A DNA stretch of 32,612 bases. Origin: Thermoproteota archaeon (GTDB taxonomy: Archaea > Korarchaeota > Korarchaeia > Korarchaeales > Korarchaeaceae). Below the pieces are notes generated by a model. The model did not search any database. It worked only from the letters and a program-made list of their open reading frames with translations, and was not told the origin of the DNA. This document shows, piece by piece, positions 26,128 to 32,612 of this stretch. A program made the translations under genes and the position numbers. Each line of letters opens with the position of its first letter. Position 1 is the stretch's first letter. Location: assembly GCA_037917625.1 (NCBI GenBank), contig JAVCBY010000107.1, positions 1-32,612 on the forward strand, in the 5' to 3' direction.

Positions 26128-27074
26128 GTCTCTAAAATGACCCCTCTCTTAGAGACTCTCGCTGGGAAGGAGATGCTAGCTGAGGTTAAGTTACTCGCTA
26201 CCCCTTCTGGGTCTTCGTGTAGGATGACCACGCACCCTCCTCCTCCAGCTCCGGAGAGCTTAGCCCCCAAGGCGCCCCTCATCCTGGCCTCCCAGACTAT
26301 CCTCTCTATCGAAAAACTGCTCACACCTAAAGAGTAAAGTAAGCCCTGATTTATGTTCATCAAGGATCCTAATGTCTTTAGATCCCCGGATTCCAATGCA
26401 TCCCTTCCCTTAAAAACTAAATCAGATATAGATCTCACTATTCGCTCGTGAATCTCTGGTAAAGCTTCCCTGAGCTTGGAGACCCTCTCGACCATCTCTT
26501 TAGTCCAACTGGGCTCTCCCGTACAAGCTATAGCTATGGGCACTTCCTTATGGCCTAAGCTAGTGGCCCTCATTTCGCCATCAGACCACTCCACCCAAAT
26601 GACTCCTCCTAAGACAGCGCAAGCTGGTCCGGTCTTACTAGCCCTACCATGTATCATCCTCTCGAAAGTGTAGACAGCATTTAAGAGCTCAGATTCGCTC
26701 ATACCTAAGTTGAATAGGGCATCTATGGACTTAGATATAGCTGCAGCTACCGAAGCTGAGGAAGCCATACCGCTGCTCACAGGTACCTCAGATCTTATCC
26801 TCAAGTGAACGCCCCTATCTATTCCATACCTCCCCAAGAGCTCCTTCAGCCCTTCAGCTAGCTTAACGAGGTCCTCATTGCATTTACTTCCCTCCTTATA
26901 GACTCCTAATTCCGATTCTATCAAGATCTCTCCTTTAGGGAGAGGAGAAGCCTCTACATGACTACGCTTATCTATGCTAAGGGCGAGAGCTGGAGAGCCG
27001 TAGAGAACAGCGTGTTCGCCCAGGAGGAAAGCCTGTGAAGGTGCGGAGGCTCTCACTCTCAAGTTAGCACCCAT
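26124..27074 (-). CDS. mvk: Mevalonate kinase homolog (GHMP kinase) with atypical catalytic residues
   Basis: GEHAVLYG, PVSSGMASSA ATP loop, LMNINQGLL..LGVS and GAKLSGAGGGG. Confidence 0.8.
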   Translation of the reverse strand: MGANLRVRASAPSQAFLLGEHAVLYGSPALALSIDKRSHVEASPLPKGEILIESELGVYKEGSKCNEDLVKLAEGLKELLGRYGIDRGVHLRIRSEVPVSSGMASSASVAAAISKSIDALFNLGMSESELLNAVYTFERMIHGRASKTGPACAVLGGVIWVEWSDGEMRATSLGHKEVPIAIACTGEPSWTKEMVERVSKLREALPEIHERIVRSISDLVFKGRDALESGDLKTLGSLMNINQGLLYSLGVSSFSIERIVWEARMRGALGAKLSGAGGGGCVVILHEDPEGVASNLTSASISFPARVSKRGVILET

Positions 27075-27398
27075 GGGAGAATCCGAGAGTTATCTAATTA
27101 AAAGTGATCTTGAGACGATGCCGGATCTCCTAAATGATGCGATGTATTCGACCAAAAATATAAATATTATATCAAAGAGGAGTGTAATTTGCTTAATAAA
27201 ATTTGGCAAACAATATAAAAGATAAAAACAATTACGATTTTCACTTAGATGAACAAAAGAATCCATAGGAATATGGGGATATATTTAAAAAATATATTGT
27301 AAAAGCCACCGTTCCCTCTTAAAAATATTTGATTTTACTGATATGCAATAGTTATTTAACGTGCACTTTTATATTTTCAGGTTCGGATAAAGAGCTAG

Positions 27399-28487
27399 GT
27401 GGAGATCTTGAAGGTAAAAGTAGCTTTAGCAGGAATCGGAAATGTTGCATCTGCCATAGTTCAGGGGGTCTTCAAGTATAAAGATCTCTCAGATGACGAA
27501 TGGGCTCCTGGTATCATGCACGTGAGATTCGGACCTTATCACATCTCTGACATAGAATTCGTCGCTGCTTTCGATGTGGATTCGAGGAAAGTGGGCAAAG
27601 ATCTATCTGAAGCGATATTCTCTGAACCCAATGTATTGGAGAAGTTCGCTGAAGTCCCGAAGTTGGGCGTGGAGGTGATGAAGGGACCAGTGCTAGATGG
27701 CGTCGCTCCCCATATGAGGGAGTTCAGATATGGGGAGGGGTTCAAAGTAGATGATTCCCCTAGCGTGAACGTAGCTGATGTCCTAAAGGAGAGCGGAGCC
27801 GATGTATTAGTGAACTTAATACCAGTGGGAAGTTATGAGGCAAGTAGGGCTTACGCGAGAGCTTGCTTAGAGGCCGGGGTGGGCTTCGTGAATGGGATAC
27901 CTGAGTTCATAGTGAGCGATCCTGAGTGGGGTGAGCTATTCAAGAGCAAGGGAGTGCCTGCAGCTGGCGATGATTTCAAGAGTCAAGTCGGTGCTACTAT
28001 ACTACATAGGACTCTAGCGAGGCTCTTCGTAGACAGGGGGCTGAGAATAACTAATACTTATCAGTTGAACATAGGGGGGAACATGGACTTCCTGAACATG
28101 ATAGAGGAATCCAGGCTCACCTCTAAGAGGATAAGTAAGACAGAAGCAGTAACGAGCCTCGTGCCATATCAGATAGGAGCGAGGGTCGGCCCCAGCGATT
28201 ACGTCCCCTTCCTAGGTGATAGGAAGGTGATGTACCTCTATATGGAGGCTGAGCAGTTCGGCGGATTTAAAATATACTTAGATGTGAAGCTGAGCGTCAT
28301 GGACTCCCCAAATGCTGCTGGCGTCGCTCTAGATGCGATAAGGGCTGTGAAGCTCGCGATGGATAGGGGGATAGGGGGGCCCCTCATCGGAGTCTCATCC
28401 TACTTCTTCAAGCATCCCCCGAAGCAATTCCCGGATTATGTCGCGAAAGAGTTAGTTGAGGCATTCATAAGGGGGGAGAACGTCTAA
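27399..28487 (+). CDS. ino1: myo-Inositol-1-phosphate synthase
   Basis: GIGNVAS, AAFDVD..KVGKDL, GDDFKSQVGAT, YQLNIGGNMDFLN, SKRISKT, GPSDYV and DSPNAAG. Confidence 0.95.
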   Translation: MEILKVKVALAGIGNVASAIVQGVFKYKDLSDDEWAPGIMHVRFGPYHISDIEFVAAFDVDSRKVGKDLSEAIFSEPNVLEKFAEVPKLGVEVMKGPVLDGVAPHMREFRYGEGFKVDDSPSVNVADVLKESGADVLVNLIPVGSYEASRAYARACLEAGVGFVNGIPEFIVSDPEWGELFKSKGVPAAGDDFKSQVGATILHRTLARLFVDRGLRITNTYQLNIGGNMDFLNMIEESRLTSKRISKTEAVTSLVPYQIGARVGPSDYVPFLGDRKVMYLYMEAEQFGGFKIYLDVKLSVMDSPNAAGVALDAIRAVKLAMDRGIGGPLIGVSSYFFKHPPKQFPDYVAKELVEAFIRGENV

Positions 28488-28706
28488 TTAAGATCTGAGC
28501 TCATCTATCTTCTCCAAAATCCCATTTAAGGAGAAATAGGCTTTAGCGAAGACCCCCTTACCCTCCCCCCTCATGTACATCCAGGACTTAGAGATGGGAT
28601 CTATTATCACCTTCTCCTCGCTCAGCTCTGCTTCCACCCTCCCGTCCCCCCTCCTCTTTATGATGAAACCTCTGCTCATGAGCGCATCCACGACTTTATC
28701 CAGCAT
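28488..28706 (-). CDS. Small hypothetical protein
   Basis: Open frame with genome-typical codons. ATG at 28706 follows GGTGAT; an alternative start is at 28718. The stop abuts the ino1 stop. Confidence 0.65.
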   Translation of the reverse strand: MLDKVVDALMSRGFIIKRRGDGRVEAELSEEKVIIDPISKSWMYMRGEGKGVFAKAYFSLNGILEKIDELRS

Positions 28707-28893
28707 AAGATCACCCATCCGACTCGCCCCACCATCTTTTTAATTTTTAATTCAGGCCTGAGCGCTTCCCGCAGTTCCTAAGAAGTTTATTCTCGAAGGA
28801 TCTAGAGCATAGAGAGGAAAATTCTTAAATTCTAGAGATTAACGTGAAATACCTTCTTCTGCGATCTCGGGATGAGGCTCAAGATTTTATGGA

Positions 28894-29379
28894 TCACTGC
28901 CTCCTCCTGAGCTTCAGATAGTACGACAATATGAGGGATATCGCGAGCATCGAAGTGAGCAACTGTATGGAGACCATGAGAAGGAGCGCCCTCTCATCGA
29001 GTCGTGAGTAATAGAGCTTGAGGCAACAATTAGCATGATCTCCCTCCGTGAGGGTCAATCTGACCTCTCTAGATGCTTCAGGAAGGTACTCATAGCCAAT
29101 AGAACTGATGCTCTCATTTCCGCTGAAAGTGAGATTTCCTAAGGAATATCCCTCCTCATCGAAGAATCCCATGGAGATATTCAAAGCTCTCTCGGACTTA
29201 CAGGTTATGTTGTAGTAGACCTTGAGAGATGTCTTCTCTATAGGGAAGGAAGCAATTGCCCCTCTCTCAAGCGAGAATTCCTCATCGAACATGAGTTTAG
29301 GTGCCTCATAGTACATTGCGCCAATCCCTATCGAAAAAGAGATGAGGAAGAAGAGAATTCCTATGATCAAGGCCCTCAT
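28894..29379 (-). CDS. Hypothetical membrane protein (N- and C-terminal TM helices, beta-rich middle)
   Basis: Hydrophobic ALIIGILFFLISFSIGIGA and LLLMVSIQLLTSMLAISLIL segments. ATG at 29379 overlaps the ABC ATPase stop (ATGA). Confidence 0.7.
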   Translation of the reverse strand: MRALIIGILFFLISFSIGIGAMYYEAPKLMFDEEFSLERGAIASFPIEKTSLKVYYNITCKSERALNISMGFFDEEGYSLGNLTFSGNESISSIGYEYLPEASREVRLTLTEGDHANCCLKLYYSRLDERALLLMVSIQLLTSMLAISLILSYYLKLRRRQ

Positions 29380-30335
29380 TTCGGATACCAACACTTCACG
29401 AAGTGGCCAGAGAAGACTTCATATTCCGGAGGCTCCTCATCGCACTTACTAGTCGCTATAGGACATCTAGGCTTGAATCTGCATCCGGGAGGGGGATTAA
29501 TGAGGCTGGGAGGCTCTCCTGGAGGGACTTCTCTCATCCTGAGCCTGTTCTCTGGGTCAGGATCTGGAATCGCGTTGAATAGAGCTCTGGTATATGGGTG
29601 CAATGGATTCCTCAATATCTCTTTCGTAGGAGCTCTCTCAACGATGTGGCCAGCGTACATTATGAATATCTTCTCAGAGAAGTACCTAGTTGTCGATAGG
29701 TCGTGCGTTATGTATATGACGCTCATATCATGCCTCCTCTGGAGCTCAGTGAAGAGGTTCAATATCTCCACTCTGACTGAAGCATCGAGCATGGAGACTG
29801 GCTCATCAGCTATTATGAGCTTCGGATCCAGTATCATAGCCCTAGCTATAGCGACCCTCTGGAGCTGCCCTCCGCTCAGCATGTGTGGATATTTGAAGGC
29901 AAATTCCTCAGGAGGGAGCCTGACTTCATTCATAATTGAGTATATCTTCTCCCTCCTCTCCTCCTTACTAACTTCATGTATTATTAGGGGCTCCTCGAGT
30001 ATCTTATATATAGTGAAGTGAGGCGCTAGAGAACCGTATGGATCCTGCTGGACTATTCCAGTCTGTCTGCGATACCACATAAGCTCCTTATTGCTTAATC
30101 TCGTGATATCCTTACCATCGAAGAATATACTACCATCAGTCGGTTCATAGAGCCTCAATATAGTCTTCCCTAAGGTAGTCTTGCCGCTCCCAGACTCTCC
30201 GACTAAGGAGACAGCTTCTCCTCTCTCTAGCTCAAAGCTCACATTCTCAACAGCTCTAACGTATAATGTCTTTCCAAAAAATCCTTTTTTCATTGGGAAC
30301 CATTTTTTAAGCTTCTCAACTTTAAGGAGGACCAT
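29376..30335 (-). CDS. Oligopeptide/dipeptide ABC transporter ATP-binding subunit (OppF/DppF-like)
   Basis: GESGSGKT, LSGGQLQR, ADEPVSMLD, HPYT and GCRFKPRCP. ATG at 30335 follows GGTGA. Confidence 0.93.
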   Translation of the reverse strand: MVLLKVEKLKKWFPMKKGFFGKTLYVRAVENVSFELERGEAVSLVGESGSGKTTLGKTILRLYEPTDGSIFFDGKDITRLSNKELMWYRRQTGIVQQDPYGSLAPHFTIYKILEEPLIIHEVSKEERREKIYSIMNEVRLPPEEFAFKYPHMLSGGQLQRVAIARAMILDPKLIIADEPVSMLDASVRVEILNLFTELQRRHDMSVIYITHDLSTTRYFSEKIFIMYAGHIVERAPTKEILRNPLHPYTRALFNAIPDPDPENRLRMREVPPGEPPSLINPPPGCRFKPRCPIATSKCDEEPPEYEVFSGHFVKCWYPK

Positions 30336-30340
30336 AGAGA

Positions 30341-31291
30341 TCACCTGTACAACCAGCACTTAACTGAGTGCCCTCTCTCGAAGATAGGTGGATCCTCCCT
30401 CCTGCATATGTCCATCGCTCTCTCGCATCTGGGATGGAACCTGCAACCGCTAGGGGGATCTATTAAATTTGGCGGTGCTCCAGGTATAGATTCCAGGGTC
30501 TTCTCCCCCCTAAGCGTTGGGACGCTCTTCATCAACTTTTGAGTGTATGGATGGAGTGGCTCCTCATAGAATGTATCTGCTGGGGCGATTTCCACGATCT
30601 GACCGGCGTACATAGTAGCTACTTTATCCGCAAGCTCGCTAGCGACGCTTATATCATGAGTTATGAAGATGAAGGTCTGCTCCCTGCTCCTCTTAAGATC
30701 CTTGAGCATGTTCATTATGTTAGCTTGCGTTATGACATCTAGCGCTGATGTCGGCTCATCCAGTATTATTAAATCGGGGTTTGTGATCAGTGCCATAGCT
30801 ATAACAGCCCTCTGCTTCATCCCCCCACTCAATTCGAATGGATATCTCTCAGCGAATTCCTCAGAAAGCCCTAACTTCACTAAGATCCCCTTAGCTCTCT
30901 CAATAGCTTCCCTCTCGCTCACCTTCATATGTATGATCAGGGGCTCAGCTACTTGGTACCCTACCTTTAGGACGGGATTAAGAGAATTTAGGGCTCCCTG
31001 GAATACCATAGAGATCTTCCTCCATCTCACCTCTTTCCTGAAAGTCTCCTCATCCATCGACATGAGATCCGTCCCATTGAGCAGGATCTTGCCCTCATAA
31101 GTGTGCACATTCCTCGGGAGTAGTCTAATTATGGCTCTCGATAGGGAGCTCTTCCCACATCCTGACTCGCCGACTATAGCAAGAGTTTCCCCTCTATTTA
31201 TATCGAAGCTAACGTCATCCACTGCTTTAACGACGCCCTTCGTCGTCCTATAGTAGAGCTTCAGATTGGAAACGCTCAGTAGCTTGGTCAT
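30341..31291 (-). CDS. Oligopeptide/dipeptide ABC transporter ATP-binding subunit (OppD/DppD-like)
   Basis: GESGCGKS, LSGGMKQR, LDEPTSALD, HPYT and GCRFHPRC. Confidence 0.93.
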   Translation of the reverse strand: MTKLLSVSNLKLYYRTTKGVVKAVDDVSFDINRGETLAIVGESGCGKSSLSRAIIRLLPRNVHTYEGKILLNGTDLMSMDEETFRKEVRWRKISMVFQGALNSLNPVLKVGYQVAEPLIIHMKVSEREAIERAKGILVKLGLSEEFAERYPFELSGGMKQRAVIAMALITNPDLIILDEPTSALDVITQANIMNMLKDLKRSREQTFIFITHDISVASELADKVATMYAGQIVEIAPADTFYEEPLHPYTQKLMKSVPTLRGEKTLESIPGAPPNLIDPPSGCRFHPRCERAMDICRREDPPIFERGHSVKCWLYR

Positions 31292-31292
31292 C

Positions 31293-32612
31293 TTACATCT
31301 CCCTCAACCTCGGGTTCACGATCCTATCCAAAGCTAAGCCTATGAGAGCGAAGGATATAGCTGTCAATATTAGCATCGCAGAAGGTATGAGGACCCAGTG
31401 ATAATATCCCTTATATACAGCTCCTCCCGCGAACGCCTCCTCCACTATCCTCCCCCAACTGACTACCTTAGGATCGCTCAAGCCTAAGATCGCTAGAGCA
31501 GCTTCTAGGAAAACGTAAGAAGGTATGGAGAGGACCAAGGATGGTACAACGGGAGGCAGGATCCTAGGGAGTATATAGAGGGTTATTATCCTTAGATTGC
31601 TCGCACCATAAGCTATAGCTGCCTCCACGTATGGGGATGTCTTGAGCTGCATCACCCAAACCCTGTAAGTTTTGACGGATGTTCCGAATATACTTAACAC
31701 TATGATGATGAGGAGGAGCTTCCATATATCCAGTCCGTAGAGGAGGGAGATCATCACGAGGAATGGGAGGAATGGGAGGATCATGTAGATCTCAGTCAGC
31801 CTCTGTATAAGGGAGTCTATCTTCCCGCCGTAGTATCCACTTATCGCTGCGAATATCAACTGGACGAATGTTATCGTAACGGAAGACACTATGCCGAAGG
31901 ATAATGCTACGGGAGCTCCCCAGATTAGGCCCAATTCGAGGGGCCTCCTGTAGATATCGGTTCCAGCTATACCGTAAACCTTACCGTGCATGAGCAACCT
32001 GTAGCTGAAGGTATCGCTCCTATTATATAGGGTCACCTCGACCTTAACCTTATAATTCCCCTTCATAGCTGTGGGTTCTCCCTTATATTCCATGAAAAGT
32101 GCGACAGGTATAGTTATCGTGTAGTTAGGCGTGAATCCTAGCTTATCTATAGCGTACTCCTCGAGCTCACGCTCCAATATGACGTTATTCGATATATATA
32201 TGCTTTCCGAGATGTTTCTAGGTCTATAAGCGCTCAAATTTAGCTCCTCACCGCTCGGCTTTATCCAATATACCTTCACAGTCGGCGGGCTCCCGAAGTA
32301 AGTCGTGTTTATCAGTAACACGAGCTCGCTCGGGAAGTCATCGTAGCTATATGTGAAGCTATCCAAGTGAGTTATCACTTTATAGCCGTCCCTCTCAACT
32401 TCCTCGCTCTCATGGTTCGGCAGGCCTTCCCCTATCAATATGCTCGGAGGGAGCTTCTTAGAGGAGAAGAAGTTGTACCATTCGGGAGCTGCATTCCTGG
32501 GATAAGCTAGCCATCTGTTCTGATCGTTCCAAATATCTCCAGCTTGAGAATATGGTGTGAATATCAATGCATATAAGGAGAGGATCACTAGGAACGCTAG
32601 GATAGCCAAACC
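31293..32612 (-). CDS. Oligopeptide/dipeptide ABC transporter permease (OppC/DppC-like); 5' end probably outside the window
   Basis: GTD..R, multiple TM helices, EAA motif YVEAAIAYGAS, EAAL..LGL, SWG and NPRLR, plus a large extracellular loop. Confidence 0.9.
   Translation of the reverse strand, partial: GLAILAFLVILSLYALIFTPYSQAGDIWNDQNRWLAYPRNAAPEWYNFFSSKKLPPSILIGEGLPNHESEEVERDGYKVITHLDSFTYSYDDFPSELVLLINTTYFGSPPTVKVYWIKPSGEELNLSAYRPRNISESIYISNNVILERELEEYAIDKLGFTPNYTITIPVALFMEYKGEPTAMKGNYKVKVEVTLYNRSDTFSYRLLMHGKVYGIAGTDIYRRPLELGLIWGAPVALSFGIVSSVTITFVQLIFAAISGYYGGKIDSLIQRLTEIYMILPFLPFLVMISLLYGLDIWKLLLIIIVLSIFGTSVKTYRVWVMQLKTSPYVEAAIAYGASNLRIITLYILPRILPPVVPSLVLSIPSYVFLEAALAILGLSDPKVVSWGRIVEEAFAGGAVYKGYYHWVLIPSAMLILTAISFALIGLALDRIVNPRLREM

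Noticed and set aside
28719..28893. 175-bp gap as a possible C/D box sRNA or other ncRNA
   Set aside because: I found no convincing paired C (RTGATGA) and D (CTGA) boxes or strong stem by eye. An Rfam/snoscan run would be needed to exclude it.
29473..31100. Plus-strand ORFs of 182 and 145 aa within the ABC operon
   Set aside because: They are antisense shadows of well-supported ATPase genes.
1..32612. CRISPR arrays, IS elements, inteins or defence systems
   Set aside because: No regularly spaced repeats or transposase/integrase ORFs were seen. Lhr and reverse gyrase have normal lengths, with no intein-sized insertions.

Overview
Gene-dense window from a hyperthermophilic archaeon. Evidence: reverse gyrase, archaeal-type GluRS, inositol-1-phosphate synthase and NAPRTase, AGG/ATA-rich codons, TATA-like promoters and GGTGA ribosome-binding motifs. 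Gene content and style suggest Korarchaeota; this is an inference, not verified. The window holds about 25 CDS and one intronless tRNA-Asn(GTT), mostly housekeeping: a partial lumazine synthase, a metallophosphoesterase, a HAD phosphatase, a two-subunit AOR-family oxidoreductase, Lhr helicase, a ferredoxin, a molybdopterin oxidoreductase, a prenyl synthase, GuaB, two RNA m5C methyltransferases, GltX, a large surface protein, reverse gyrase, a beta-CASP nuclease, PncB, a mevalonate kinase homolog, Ino1 and an oligopeptide ABC transporter. I saw no CRISPR array, transposase, integrase or recognisable defence island. The best leads are: (1) a mevalonate kinase homolog lacking both catalytic Lys and Asp; (2) a prenyl synthase with eukaryote-like type III GGPPS signatures; (3) an uncharacterised 955-aa membrane-spanning propeller/Ig/coiled-coil protein with a palindrome over its TATA box; (4) an MPE + PNKP-like phosphatase + Lhr neighbourhood; (5) a GOR-like tungstoenzyme pair; (6) a ferredoxin with an atypical cluster motif. 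All family calls come from motif recognition by eye, with no database search.
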